Source: Candidatus Berkelbacteria bacterium RIFCSPLOWO2_01_FULL_50_28
GTDB taxonomy: Bacteria; Patescibacteriota; UBA1384; 2-12-FULL-50-11
Direction: 5' to 3'
Assembly (NCBI GenBank): GCA_001774395.1
Contig: MEZX01000002.1
Coordinates: forward strand, 302,101-366,100
Length of the DNA stretch: 64,000 nt
Part shown: in pieces, positions 9,038 to 22,100 of the stretch
Layout of the letters: each line of letters begins with the position of its first letter
How positions within the stretch are numbered: position 1 is the stretch's first letter
Notes under the pieces: generated by a model
What the model saw: the letters and a program-made list of their open reading frames with translations, nothing else
Database searches by the model: none
What the model was told of the DNA's origin: nothing
Made by a program: the position numbers and the translations under genes

Positions 9038-10162
9038 ATGAAGTTTCTAGAAGACGGTAATTTTGTTGGTAAGAAGATTCTTGTACGGATCGATGCCGAC
9101 GTGCCGTTGAAAGCGGTGGATGGCGAGATCGTGGTGGCCGACGATTTTCGATTGCGTAAACTCTTGCCCACGCTGAACTTCTTACTCAACCGTCAGGCAT
9201 CAATTGTCTTAATCGGGCATTTGGCACGTCCGGCCGGCACCCCAGACCCCGAGCTAAGCCTACGACCGGTCTACCTGCATCTTTCGGCACTTCTAAAAAA
9301 ACCGATCCTGTTCGCCCCGAACCTCTTCTCTGTTGCTACCAAGAAAACCGTTGCTGAGTTGAAGGAAAAACAGATAGTTGGTCTGGAGAACTTACGCTTC
9401 GACCCAGGTGAAGACAACAACTCCCGAACTTATGCCAGACGACTGGCCGAGTACGGCGAGGTTTACGTCAATGAAGCTTTCGGTTCACATCACGTGGCTG
9501 CTTCGACAGTGGCAATAACTGAGTTCCTACCGTCCTATGCGGGACTTCATCTGGAGCAAGAGCTAAAAACCCTGGGTTCATTGATGAAAGCGCCAGCTCA
9601 TCCGTTTGTGGCAGTGATCGGCGGTGCAAAGATCGAAGATAAATTACCGGTAATTAAGGGGTTACTAGAGAATGTCGATCGAGTGTTAGTCGGTGGTCGG
9701 GTCGCTAACAACTTTATGGTTGCTTCGGGGATAGACGTCCAGGGCTCAACAATCCAGGCTGATATGGTCGAAGAGGCAAGAAAGCTGTTGAAGCGATCCC
9801 ACGGTAAAATAATCCTACCGGTTGATTTCATCTGGGAGGATGGACATATTCTTGATCTTGGGCCGAAGACAATCGAGCTGTTTTGCCATCACATCTGCCA
9901 TGCTAGAACCGTGCTTTGGAGCGGACCGCTTGGCAAGGTTGAAGAACCTCGTTTCTGTCGCGCTTCAACAGAAGTTGCTAAGTGCATTATTGCGTCTGGT
10001 GCTACGAGTATCATCGGTGGCGGTGACACAACTGGGTTCCTGGATAGTACGGGCATGGCACAGAAATTCAGCTTCATCTCTTCTGGTGGTGGGGCAACGC
10101 TACAACTACTATCTGGCGCTCCGCTCCCGACAATTAAGGCGCTGGATAACGCGTCGGAGTAG
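9038..10162 (+). CDS. pgk: phosphoglycerate kinase
   Basis: 374 aa with conserved PGK blocks: RxDxNVP-like N-terminus, GGGAKIEDKL, SGGGATL. Confidence 0.9.
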   Translation: MKFLEDGNFVGKKILVRIDADVPLKAVDGEIVVADDFRLRKLLPTLNFLLNRQASIVLIGHLARPAGTPDPELSLRPVYLHLSALLKKPILFAPNLFSVATKKTVAELKEKQIVGLENLRFDPGEDNNSRTYARRLAEYGEVYVNEAFGSHHVAASTVAITEFLPSYAGLHLEQELKTLGSLMKAPAHPFVAVIGGAKIEDKLPVIKGLLENVDRVLVGGRVANNFMVASGIDVQGSTIQADMVEEARKLLKRSHGKIILPVDFIWEDGHILDLGPKTIELFCHHICHARTVLWSGPLGKVEEPRFCRASTEVAKCIIASGATSIIGGGDTTGFLDSTGMAQKFSFISSGGGATLQLLSGAPLPTIKALDNASE

Positions 10163-10167
10163 GGTCT

Positions 10168-11001
10168 CTAACTTACTGGCGGTGGTTGGGTTGCGGCGTC
10201 TATTTTGTTCTCTATGGTCTTCTCTTCGACGGCAATTGCGGTTTCTTTCGTGTCAATTTGTTTCTCGAGCTGGAGAATACGTTCGAGGAGCTGTTTTTCT
10301 TTCTCCTGATCTTTTTCCCCAGCCTCAAGGATAACTCTTAATCGGCGGCTTTGTGACAGAAACACCGCCAAAAGAATTGGCCAAGCGATTATGAAGATAA
10401 AGACTATAAGAAAAAGCCAGAAAGGTATGCTTACTGATACTTTTGTGTTGACGAGCTTATCGCCGGGCTGTCCCTGTCCGGGGGGTTCAGCGGTGAAGAG
10501 AGGAACATTCAGAGGGTCTCTTCCCGGGAGAAGTGGCGGGACGGTAATAGTAATGCTAACAACATTAGAGATCGGCAACGGTGTAAAAGTTACTACTGGC
10601 TTGTCGTTGATTGTCACGGTATCAACCACTGCGGTGAAAGTTGCCTCTCCCGGGGCAGTGGAGGACGCTACGCAGCGCGCAACCCCGTCAGTATCAGTTG
10701 TAGCGGTATTGTCATTCGTTAGGCTGCTACCGTCGTAGCATCTAATCTTCTCGATTTCACCACGATTCGAGCTAACTTCAGCCGATTTGTTCGGGAGTGG
10801 CGTGCCAAATTTGTTTTTAGTCGTTAGTGTGAGAACCACCAGCGACGTCCCGTCGGCGGGCAGAGACGATAAGTCGCTCACAAATGTCGAAATACTCGGG
10901 CTAACTGACGAGACGACAGTGGCGCTGATCGTTGAGCTTTGAGCCAAGGCGATTGTTGGGGCGAATATAAAAAAGGAGAGGAGCGCTAGTTTGAGCTTCA
11001 T
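10168..11001 (-). CDS. secreted Ig-like-domain surface protein with C-terminal TM anchor and coiled-coil tail
   Basis: Signal peptide (MKLKLALLSFFIFAPTIALA). Thr/Ser-rich Big-like beta domain. TM segment FWLFLIVFIFIIAWPILLAVFL followed by a basic/coiled-coil tail. ATG at 11001, 1 nt after the upstream stop. Confidence 0.55.
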   Translation of the reverse strand: MKLKLALLSFFIFAPTIALAQSSTISATVVSSVSPSISTFVSDLSSLPADGTSLVVLTLTTKNKFGTPLPNKSAEVSSNRGEIEKIRCYDGSSLTNDNTATTDTDGVARCVASSTAPGEATFTAVVDTVTINDKPVVTFTPLPISNVVSITITVPPLLPGRDPLNVPLFTAEPPGQGQPGDKLVNTKVSVSIPFWLFLIVFIFIIAWPILLAVFLSQSRRLRVILEAGEKDQEKEKQLLERILQLEKQIDTKETAIAVEEKTIENKIDAATQPPPVS

Positions 11002-11003
11002 CA

Positions 11004-11972
11004 CTAGCGCATAACAATTTTTGGTGGCATCGGTTTTGGAGTAGCAGGCGGTATAACAGCTTGCCTCTTCCGTCGTTTCTTGAAAATCCCAAAAGCAATT
11101 CGCAAGACTACCAGCCCAAAGGCGACGATAAACCAGATTGGAATGATAATAAAGCTACGGGTGACAATCATTTGCTTCTCCTCGGTACCGTAGTAGAGAG
11201 CGGTAGTAGCGGTGTATTTCCCGAATGCTTTCCAGTCGAAGCCCCAGCTGGTTTCAAAACGTCGCTTGCTGTCGGGCAGAACATTGCCTTCACCTTCGTT
11301 AATCTTAATGGCGGCGGAAGTATCACCAAACCAGTTTCTAATCTTCAGTTCACCTGCAGGCCGAAGATGAATATTGCCGGTATTAGAAAATAGAACCGAA
11401 AAATTAGCTGGAGGTGAAATTAATATTCTAGGAGCAATGAATTCGTCCATTGTTAGTCTTTCTAAAATCTCTCCCGGGACTTTCGCTAGTAATAACGTTC
11501 CTACCAGGCCTACTACTCCAACCTGGCTAACGTTCTCGTCTAATTTTGGCGCTTCCGTGGAAAACAGCACGGCGGCGTAATGGCCGCCTGGATCGGCATT
11601 CTCAGGGACGGTTATGGTGACATCGAATTTCTCGTCCTCGCCGGGAGTTACGCGTATAAATGGCTTGGAAAAAGTAATCCACTGGGACATCGTCCAGCGA
11701 GACGTTTTGTCTTTGGGGGTAAAAAAGTTTGGTTGACCCTTGTCGTTGTCGGTATGAAAGTCTAACACTCTCGGGTAGAGGGTAATCACTTTGGCCACGG
11801 GGTTAATCACCCTAAGCGTCCGGGTTGTTATCTTGCCGGGTATAACATTAAAGATGTCAGTTACTGGGGTGACAGTAATTCCGGCGGCGTCTTGCGCCCT
11901 AAGACTTGATTGGGGCAAAATCAAAACAGCCGCTAAGACTCCTAAGAGTAACAACCGACTAAAAACCATCAT
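11004..11972 (-). CDS. DUF916/DUF3324-like cell-surface protein (CscA-like architecture), copy A1
   Basis: Signal peptide, beta-rich domain with TITVPENADPGGHYAAVLF, C-terminal TM (IIIPIWFIVAFGLVVL) and a basic tail KKRRKRQ. Paralogous to 42517..43491 and 46771..47721. Confidence 0.55.
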   Translation of the reverse strand: MMVFSRLLLLGVLAAVLILPQSSLRAQDAAGITVTPVTDIFNVIPGKITTRTLRVINPVAKVITLYPRVLDFHTDNDKGQPNFFTPKDKTSRWTMSQWITFSKPFIRVTPGEDEKFDVTITVPENADPGGHYAAVLFSTEAPKLDENVSQVGVVGLVGTLLLAKVPGEILERLTMDEFIAPRILISPPANFSVLFSNTGNIHLRPAGELKIRNWFGDTSAAIKINEGEGNVLPDSKRRFETSWGFDWKAFGKYTATTALYYGTEEKQMIVTRSFIIIPIWFIVAFGLVVLRIAFGIFKKRRKRQAVIPPATPKPMPPKIVMR

Positions 11973-11973
11973 G

Positions 11974-13146
11974 CTAATAGGTCGCTGTGCAGACGTAAGT
12001 AATCGTGTCGGTATACGATCCGGCTGGTGCCAAACCAGAAACAGCCGCTTTATGGACGATGGTCAGAATTCTGCTGGCTAAGGCACCGCTAGCGGCAGCG
12101 ATGGATATTGCCGCACCAGCGCCGACCTCTAAACCTCCCATTTCGTTAGCACCACCGGAAGCATCGAACCGCCCGTCGACCGTTAAGGCCGCACCCGAAC
12201 CACCGCCACTGGAAGCGGATACTCCAAAACCGTCAGTCGCCGCTGCTAGGGTGACGATGTTACCATAAGCTCCATCGGCTGAACCAATTAAGTATGTTGT
12301 GCCAGCTGACTTATACAGTCCTGGGTTGACCGCATTACCAGCATCGTAAACAATAATATTTAAACCACCCTGGCCGTTGGAGCTGGCAGTGATGGTAGTG
12401 CTGGTATCAGATGTTGAGATTGCACCAGTTGTCAAAGAAGAAAAAGTTGTTGTCATGCCAGTAAAAGTACAGGTAATAGAAGGGTCAACGGTGGCGTTAA
12501 CCGTCACATCGTTGTCGGCGATGACTTCTAGAGCCAGTGTGCCAGTGTCAGTGAAACCACCGCCACCGGCCAGGGTAACTTTCGCGTCAGTCACATTTTC
12601 GGCCGCCGTTTGGTTGGTGATTTGGTCGTTACCAGCGGCGCCGCTAGTAGCGTTGGTGCCGATTTCAATCGTGACGATCGATCCAGCCGCGATGGTCGCA
12701 TCAGTTGCACAACGAGTGAAGGTGAAACCGATCGGATCAACAATATCAGCCGTAGTAATTTCGATTTCAATGGCCGCTCCCGAGCAGCCACCGCTAGCGA
12801 CCATGGTTTGATCAACACCGTCGTCAGTGACATCGAAATCTTCCGGTTCACTATTCAGAAAACCCGCTCCCGTAAATCCGGCCGGAAAAGCCAGCGCCAA
12901 GGTCTCACCGGCCGCCCAGCCATCAGTAATGGTAAAGGTAAAAGTATGGTTTGCCACGACAGACTCCTTCATCGTCGACAGAACGTCAGAAAACGATGTA
13001 ACTGGAGCGGCAAAAGCCGAAGGCGTATAAGGTAGAAGTAGACTAAGTATCGCGACCGAGACTATCAGTCGTGCTAATCTAACCCGCAAACCCTCTTTTC
13101 CCTCTCGTCGCATTCTTAGTTTAGCTTCTCTCGCTTTGTAATACAT
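11974..13146 (-). CDS. secreted ~390-aa protein sharing the C-terminal domain of the giant proteins (WxL-like?), copy B1
   Basis: Starts MYYKAREAKLR..., like 43995..45182. Has a TM/signal anchor and a Thr/Gly/Ala-rich beta body. C-terminus ...YTDTITYVCTATY. Start is 10 nt after the giant-gene stop. Confidence 0.55.
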   Translation of the reverse strand: MYYKAREAKLRMRREGKEGLRVRLARLIVSVAILSLLLPYTPSAFAAPVTSFSDVLSTMKESVVANHTFTFTITDGWAAGETLALAFPAGFTGAGFLNSEPEDFDVTDDGVDQTMVASGGCSGAAIEIEITTADIVDPIGFTFTRCATDATIAAGSIVTIEIGTNATSGAAGNDQITNQTAAENVTDAKVTLAGGGGFTDTGTLALEVIADNDVTVNATVDPSITCTFTGMTTTFSSLTTGAISTSDTSTTITASSNGQGGLNIIVYDAGNAVNPGLYKSAGTTYLIGSADGAYGNIVTLAAATDGFGVSASSGGGSGAALTVDGRFDASGGANEMGGLEVGAGAAISIAAASGALASRILTIVHKAAVSGLAPAGSYTDTITYVCTATY

Positions 13147-13156
13147 GTCAAGCCAA

Positions 13157-16100
13157 TCAAAAGGTTCCCGTCAATATATACAGCACCTCGGTTGTGTAAG
13201 GGTTGGCTTCTTGAAGCTCGCTAACGGAGACTTTGTGCGTAATGGTAAACGCTTCGTTGGTAACTGGGCCGCTCGTGCCGTCAACGGCCGTCGTGTGATC
13301 GGCGACAATATCCCCGAATTCAGTCAATCTCAAAGGCGCATAAAGCGTGCCGCCGCTAAAAATGTTGACGCCTTGAATTGTCGTGTCGTCGGAGGTGTAG
13401 CCGTAACCGCAATTGGTGCTCGGGGTACAAGTGCCACCTGGCCAAGCCCCGGGGGAAGCGTACGAGCCGCCCTCAAACATCGGGATGGTTTTAATGCCCT
13501 TGGTTAGGAGTGAGCTGGCGTACTGGCGGATAACATAACCGCCATAAGCATTAGTGCTGGAGGTCAGAGTAAGAGTCTTGGAGTCGGTTCGGTTATTACC
13601 GTTGTTAAGATTTGCAAAAGTTATCGTGACAGCGCCGAGCGACAAGCTAATCGTTGGTAGAACCGATTGGCCGTTGGAGGAAGTGACGCCCGAAGTGTTA
13701 GTAGCGTTATCAACCGCTCGGACATTGAAGAAGTAATTCTGGTTGGTTCGCAATATTAAACTAGTTGAGGTGACCGATTCGGTTGTTGAATTATCGGTCC
13801 AGGTTTTAATATCGGTCCCACCGGCTGTGGTACCAATTGAATATTGATACTTATTTAGTCCCGAGGCATCGCAGGTGTAAGCATCCCAGTTAGCCGAGAC
13901 GGAAGTGAGGGAGCCGTCATTATACGATGCGTCAACATCCTCAACCGTGCCGTCGTAAATGCTAGAACCGTAAGTGCAAGCGGTGGTGTCGACACCAAAA
14001 TCCCGATCAGCCGGGTTGGTTGGTGGGTTTTCAGTGTTACCGCCGTAACCGGTCCAGCTGGAGTAGGCCGTGGCGGCGTCTTTCACCTGGGCTTGCCAGT
14101 GATATTGGGTACCATCAACCAAACCGCTAATAGTTACGGTTACCGTGACTGGCGTACCAGTGTAGGCAACTCCCGAACCGCATAAGTCCCCGCCGTCAAC
14201 TGAAGATAGGGCAGTAGCGACGGGATCTTTTTCAACACAAAGATAGAGTGTGTCAGCGGCGTCAGGGTCGGAAGCCAGAGCGGTAAATTTGACTGAAGCT
14301 TCGTTGGTCCAATCGCCAGTAGCTAAGACTGTATCGTCGGTTTTCATTTGAACTAAACTTGATGGGGCAATTGGTGCGCTTGTCCAGTGCAGGAAACCGA
14401 GAGTATCGCTGCCACCGTCACCAGTGTCGGAATCGGACGCCTCGCAGGATGCCCAGCCGGTACAAGTGGCCGGATAGAGAACCCAGTAGTTACCAGCGGC
14501 CGGAGCCCCAGTGGCGATTTGAGTGACGGAGTATTCTGGCACATTGTCTGAAGCTTCGAGGAAGATCATGTTGTCCCAGGTCTTGGCTGGAGCACCGGTC
14601 CCGATTAACGATCCGTGAACCTTCATATATGTATCGGTGGCTCCAACATTCTGGAAGTTGTCGAACTGACCGTCATCAAGATTAGTGAGGGTTGCTCCAC
14701 TTTGAAGATCCAGGCCGGTACCGCCGCTGGTGCCACCGAGGTAACTGAATTTGTAGTACTGGGCGTCGATGGTTCCCGCCACATCGAAGTGATATCCACC
14801 ACTAGCGCCACGAGTAACAGTAGAGAGATTTGTCGAAGTAGTTTGACCCTTCATCTCCAGGGTTTTGCCACTGCCAACCGTGAAGATGTCACCGTCTTGC
14901 ATCATCGTCATCGGTTTGATGACTGAAGTAGAGTTGTCAGCATCAAAGGCGGTAAAGGTGTAAGTGGCATTCAAGGCATACGGAGTGGCGCCGCAATCAA
15001 CAGTGAATTTGGTGTTAACAGCCCCGGTACTGTCGGTAAACAGAGTGCCCGTTGTTAGGTCACCAACATCGGTACCGTTGCGGTAAACATCCATTACCGC
15101 TTGGCTTGTTACACAACTAGCGCCGACGCCAGCGGTTTTGGTGACGAGTTTGTAAGCGTACGGGCCTCCAGACAGATCGGCCGGAGCGGACAGGTCGTAA
15201 GCGAGGTTAGTGTCTTCGGTGCCGGTCCCAGAATACCCGTGAGCGGTAACAGATTTCTCCCAAAGATTATTGGCGTAGTTAAACTTGTCAGTCGATTCCA
15301 CTTGCGGACTCTCGGCCGTATCGGCCGGAATGGCATATTCGCCCCAAATCTTCGTTGCGCCAGCCGAGGTGTCGTGCTTACGGGAGACGATGTACGCCCC
15401 AGCGACAGTCACCCCAGTCACTTCGGTGGAGGAAGAGAGGGTAGTGTTGTAGAGCGAGAGGGTGTGAGCGCCAGCACCAGCGAAAAGAACATCTGCCGAG
15501 GTGTTAGGAGCAGTGCCGTAAACATCACTAATCACCACATTGCCGGTGGCGGTGGTATTATCAACAGCTAAGCCATACGACTGCCCACCACTCTGATTGC
15601 CGGTAAAAGTGTTGTTGGAGACGCCGTAAATAAGGATGCCGTAGGTACCGTTGTCATTGGTGGTGTTGGAAGTGAAGGTATTTCTGCTAGCGCTGGTAGT
15701 AAGTGCGATACCATATGTCCCGTTACCGGTAACGGTATTAGATGTAAAGGAGTTATTAGTGACATTGTTGACATTGAAACCGTAGCCACTATTACCAAGG
15801 GCGGAGTTAGAAGTGAAGGTGTTGCTGTTGGCGCTGTTTTGCGTTAAAAAGCCACCGCTAGCATTACCAATAGCGGAGTTGGAAGTGAGGGTGTTATTGG
15901 TACTGGAGGAGAGGAGGTAGAAGCCGTAACTAGTATTACCGGTGGAGACATTGGAAGTCAGGGTGTTATTGGCAGAGCTGGCGTTGAAATAGAAACCATA
16001 GCCAGCGTTACCGGTGGTAGTGTTGGAAGTGAAGGTGTTGCTGTTGGCGGTGGAATTGAGGAAGAAGCCACTTGCAAGGTTACTGCTGACTGCGTTAGAG

Positions 16101-19100
16101 GTGAAGGTGTTGCTGTTGGCGCTGTTGAGGAGTTGAAAGCCATAGCTAAGGTTGCTGGTAGACGAGCTATTGGTGATGCCCTTGCTGTTACCCGTGTTGT
16201 TGTTGGTGGCGCCGTTCAAGTAAGTACCGTAGTAGTTACTGCGCAGGCGCGATCGATCAATCGTCACGCCTTCACTGGCGTTAGTGCCGTTAACAGTATC
16301 GAACTGCACTCCATACTTACTGGTGGCATTTCGTCCTAAATTACAGACATCGGCGTAATTCATAGCTGTTTCCGAACCAGCAATGGCGCGGATGTAGCTT
16401 TCGCCGGCTTCATTGGCAGTCGCCGTGCAGGCGACACCATCTTCGGCGGTGACATTGGCGTAGTCATAAATTTCAAACTGATCGCCGGGGCGGACACCAT
16501 CACTGATGTCGACTGTGTCGCCAGCGGTGAAACCAGAGAATGCATCGGGGGAAGCAATAACTTTTAGATAGTCGTTAGTACCACTACACCCTGCATAGTC
16601 GTTGACCGAATCGGTAATTTGGAAGTAACCCTTAGTGCCGGTGAAATCGCGCATATACGAACCGATCTTTTGGTTGTCGGCGGTGATCGAATCAGGAATA
16701 CATACAGTCATAATTGTGTTTCCGACGGAAATAGCTTTGCTAGCGCTAACGACGGAGGCGGTTGAGGTGTCGGCGCGGGTGATGGAGTCGTGGGTAGAGG
16801 TGTCACATTGGGCATCGTCAACAGTCGTGTCGGTAATGGGATAAATCTGCCCGATCGCTAATCCAGAAGTAGCTCGGACATTCAAACTATTGTATTGGTC
16901 GGTTGTAAATGTCGCGTTAGCACAGATCTTTGTTTCGCGGATGTCGTAGTCGGTAATGGCGGTCGAGGTGGTAGCGGCCAGCGACAGCGCTCCGATGACA
17001 TTGAGCTTACCGGTCGAGGCGACTTCGACACCGGTATCTGATGCAGTCGCAGAAGATTTGGGAATCAGCTTGAGAATGCCGTTTTCATTGATGGTTAGTG
17101 TCCCTTGACCGCTTCCTGACGACGCTCCAACATCAACAATACAGTTGGCGCATTGAGTCGAGGTGTCTTTGTTGACTTGCAGAGTAATGGTTGACCCTTC
17201 AGCCAGAGCATCCATTGTTTGGAGAATGCCGGTTTCATTGGCATTAACGGCAATGTCTATCCCACCGTAAACGAGTAAGTTATCAGCACTACCATCGCCA
17301 ATTGTTACTGTCCCGTTGCCGATCACCAAGGCATCGGCCGCCGGTGTGCCGGAAGTAGTATCCACTAGCAGCCTGTTTTGGCTAGTCCAACCGCCTCCAC
17401 CGGAAGCGTTATGGAATTTAAGTTTGTAGAACGCGGGGTCGGATTGGATGGTTTTACCGGAAGCTGTTGAGTTCATGGTGACGGTGCCGGAGTTAGGGGC
17501 GAAGTTAGAAACATTAGTTAAGTTACCACCGACTGTCAGAGCGTAATTGGAAGCCGTGACATCGAGACTACCCGTCCGCACTCCGAGGTTATTAGTAACG
17601 GTGGTGTCGGCTTCTAAGACATATGTTTCGTAAGTAGGATGGTTACCAGCATCCATGTCTGTTCTTTCAGTTGTCCCTAGAACTCGATTATAGACTCGAA
17701 CATCATCAATCTTGCCTTCGAAGTAGTAATTAGGTGATCCTTCTGTAGCGCCTGCTCCAATTCTTAAGTCTCTCACGGTATTTTGAGTCAATGTACTAGC
17801 AGTCGGTCCGTATGAGGTTCCGTCAACAAATAAGTACATATTTACTCCGTCGTATGTTGCAATCAGGTGATACCAAACGTTATCAGTAATAGTCGGGCCA
17901 GTGACAACCTTCCATGTTCCGGCACCTGTCCAAAACTGCCACTTGTTATCTGAACCGGCATAAATTATATATCCCGCCGGAGTGCTGTCTCTGCTCGTAA
18001 TAACAGATCTCCAAGTACCAGCACCACCCTCAACCCTCGCCCAAGCAGATATTGTAAATGCACTAGGATTAAGGGCTGCATTATATGAACCTTGAATGTA
18101 TTGAGACGAGGCTACCGAAAAATCTAAGCCGTACGGATCAGAGCCGCTGCCACCGTAATAGTTATTGTTATTGACTGCAGTTGTCCATGTCGGTGAATTA
18201 TAGAGTGTCCCAGTTGCTCCGGTTCCAGAAATGTCGGCCGTCGTTGATGTCCCTGTTCCCTCGTCCATCTTCCAGTATCCAACTAGGCCGTCGTTAACTT
18301 CCAGATTGTAGTACGACCCTGATGTGGATTGGATCGTTGTGTTGCCACCAGCGTTGTTACCGGTGTATTTGAAAGTTGAGGTGGCGCCGGTCAGTACGCC
18401 TAATGGAGAGGCGAGTATCTGGAACGGATCGCCAGCCGTGCCAGACAGAGTCCAAGTTCGGTTACCAGCGTTCAGAACAGTGATATATGTGTCACCACTT
18501 TTACCAACTCTAAGAACTCCACTAACCGTGATACCGCCCGTAGCACCTGTTTGGGTGGTGACTGTATTCTGGGGATTGCATATTGAAGTACATGAATTAG
18601 AGAAAGTTAAATCACTAAATGTCCAAGCTGTTGAACCGCTTGTGGTCCCGAAATTCTTGTCGGCAATCACCCTTTGTTCGAAAGTCCCCCCAGTCAAAGA
18701 AATGATCCCAGCCGTACCAGCAACACTGCCGTTAACAGTGACATTCTGCGTACCCGAAAGAGTTCCTGCGGTCATTGTCAAGTCGTTGGTAGCAACAAGA
18801 GCATCTTGGGGAGTCCAAGCACCACCAGAACCGTTGAAGGTGAGATTGTAGAAAGAATCACCGGCCGAAGTAATAGTCTTGCCAGTGGTTGTAGAAGTGA
18901 AATTGACTGTCGATGTGTTAGCCGTAAAAACAGCTCCAGCAACATTTGTAAAGTTTCCACCAACATTTAATGTTGCCGCACCCATAGTCAGAATTGCGGT
19001 AGTAGTGTTGAAAGTAACATTACCACTAACCGTGACTGTTTGACCGCTGAGGTCGAATTCAGAAGCGCGACTACAGCAACCGATTGATAGGTTGCCATTT

Positions 19101-22100
19101 ATTATTGTTGTACCCTGGAAAGTAGTTTTTGAGCCGGTGCTTTGATTCGTCTGAACGCTGGAGTTGTAGGTGAACGCTGGCAGATTGTAATTGGTAGTAG
19201 GGTTAGAATCATTAAAAACATAAAGAGTCCCACTACTTGTTCCCCATGTGCCAGCTGGATTGAGAGAGAATGGAGTTGTGATTAATGAGTCAATTTGCAT
19301 TGAAAAAGTATTTAGGTCGAAGGTTCCCGTACCCAATGATATTGTCCCATTCATCCCTGTATTTGAGAGTAGCTGTGTGGTGTTACCGCTCTGGCCTACA
19401 TTCAAATTGTAAAACCGAGCAAGCCAAGTGCTGGTAGCACCGGTTTTAAGAGTTTTTGTACCAGTCCCGTTCATCACCACGGTTGAGGTGCCCTCGACGA
19501 TCGAGGTGCTATCAGTCGCCACGGCCGAGGTATCCCAGTTACCGGAAACTGTAATCGTTGAGGCCCGTTCAGTCAGAGTCCAGGTGCCGGCGTTACCGGT
19601 TAGGTTGCCACCAATGGTCAGGGCGTAGTTGAAGGTTGTGTTGGTGTCGAAGGTGCCGTTGGTGATACTGAAGTTATTGGTGACGCTCATTGCATCTTGT
19701 AGTGTCCAGCCGCCGCCAACACCATTGAAGACTAAATTGTAGAAACTCTGGGCGTTGGAAGTGATGGTTTTACCGGTGGCAACGGCGCTCATCGTAAGAG
19801 TGGATGTACCAGGGGTTACCGCAATGGTGCCGGTACCGTTAACGAATGTTACATTTCCCTTAACATCAACGGTTGAGGTTTGCATATTAAGTGTGTGGGT
19901 GCCGCCGTTGCTGGCGACCTGAAGATCACTAGTAAGGGTAATCACGCTAGATCCGAAACTTGCGGCGAAAGCACCCGTAGCAACATAACCAAAAGTAAAG
20001 TTTGCTGCATTAATGGCGTAGTTTTGGGTACTAAAAGTATTGCCTGTTCCACTGTTTGGTGCTCGCAGTCTGAAGCTTGAAGTAGTTGTCAGATCTCCAC
20101 CAAGGATATATGCCGTATTGTTAGTGTTGGAGTTTGTAGATACTTGCCATGAACCATAATTACCTCCAGCAATAGTCATATTAAAACTTCCAGCGTCAGC
20201 TTCGTAATAAACGGTCATTGTGCCGGTTAGGGAGGTTGGCGATGCAAAGACAAACGGTGTGCAAGTTGCCACACAGTGAATGACGACAAAGTTACCACCT
20301 CCGGCGACCGTACCACCATTAACCGTCATTGTGCCCCCGCTCGTTATTCCGAAAGTAGTATTTGGCAATGTTGTCGTGAACCCTGAATATCCAATCGAAA
20401 GATTGTAAAACAGGAGATACGCAAATGCCATTGTTCCCGTTCCGTTCAAAGCCACTGTTGATGTCCCGGATACAAACTTTGCTCCGCTATCGGTCCAGTG
20501 GCGGCTGACGGTAATAGTCGAACTTCCCGCTGTGTAGCTGACCCCAGAAGTATTGGCCAAGGTAAAGTCGCGGGTGACGGTCAGGGCTAAGTTGTTGGCC
20601 GTGACGGCGCCGTTAGTAACCGTATAGTCGTTAGTTGCCGCAACGGCGTTACTGTATGTCCAACCCCCAGCGACACCATCAAAGACAAGATTGTAAAAAC
20701 TTGATGCTCCCGTCATGGTGCCGGCTAAGGTATTACCCGTAGCCGTGTCGGTGAAGGTGGTGGTGTTACTGCCGGAGGTAAAGGTGCCGGAGTTGGAGTA
20801 ATTACCGCCGATGGAGAGGGCATTACCAGCCATGTCTAAGACGGAGGAAGCGTCAATCCCGACTTGACCTTGGTAGGAAGAGCCACCAGCGGGGGAGGTG
20901 GTGATGGTGCCGCCAGGAGCAAAGGTATTGTTCGTGACTTTCAGCTTCCAGTCACTGTCGACTACTAAGTTACTGGTGGTAACGGTGGCATGGATGTCGG
21001 TGTCGTTACCTTTGTCCCAGTTGTCGATATTGGCATTAGTCAGGGAACAGGTATTGTCACACCTGGTGGTTAAGCGGCTCTGGTAGATATGGATATTTGA
21101 TAGAGCTGAACCAGTCGCTTTAGTAACAGTCAGGCCGCCGATACCACCAGCCGTGTCCAGGTAGATGGAAAGGACATCGTTAGCATTAGCGCCAGTGGTG
21201 AAAGTAAAGACGCCGGAACCGTTGGCAACGGCAGTTTCGGTGGTTGTGCCGTTAATATACATCCGAACGGTTGGGCCAGTGGCCACAGCGGTTGTTTCAT
21301 CAGTCCCGTAAACCGTTCCCGTGACCGTGCCGCTAAAGGTCCAATTAGTGTTGTTTTGAGCGTTGAAGTTAGTGCCGTCCGAAGCAACGATGGCACTACC
21401 AGAGGAAGCGTCCGAACGGGAGACATTAACATACGAGACGGCGGTTTGAATGCCGGAAACATTCAGGAGCCAAGTACCGGTGATGGCACTGTTTCTAAAG
21501 TAAATTCTGGTGCCGATGGCGGCACCGTTCCAGTTGATATTAGCAATGGTGTAAGTTGAACCGGAGTTGTACTCGACCCGGACATTGGCGGTCGTGATGA
21601 CATAGTTATTAGTCACCGTCGCCGAGGCATTGAAGTCTATCCCTGCTACCCAACCAGTCCTCTCATTGTCAGAAGGCGAAGTGCCAGAAGAGTTGGTGAG
21701 GGTGAGATTGTAGAAAGCCGAGGTAGTGGTCATTGTGCCGGAGAGGGTTTGGGTGGCCGAACCGTCCAGAGTGACTGTGCCCGAGTTAGCCGTAAATGTA
21801 CCGGAGTTGGAGTAGTTACCACCGATCGTCAGAGTTGTAGACGGAGCAGTCACGGTGCCGTTGGTGATGGTCAGGTCATTGGCAAATGTGACGGCATTTG
21901 CGCCAAAACTCCAATCTCCGGCCACACCATCGAAAGTTAGATCGTAGAACGCCGAAGCGCCGGTCATGGTGCCGCCGAGGGTATTACCGGTATCAGTGGC
22001 GCTCATTATCACGGAAGCTGAGTTGTGGGTAAAGGTGCCGGAGTTGGAGTAAGAGCCGCCAATCTTTAAGCCGTAGAAGGACGAGGTGACGGTGCCGTTG

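Noticed and set aside
7993-9189. Full-length 398-aa version of the membrane-protein ORF
   Set aside because: Its first 75 codons would overlap the pgk start region by ~150 bp on the opposite strand. The internal ATG at 8964 begins directly at the first TM helix.
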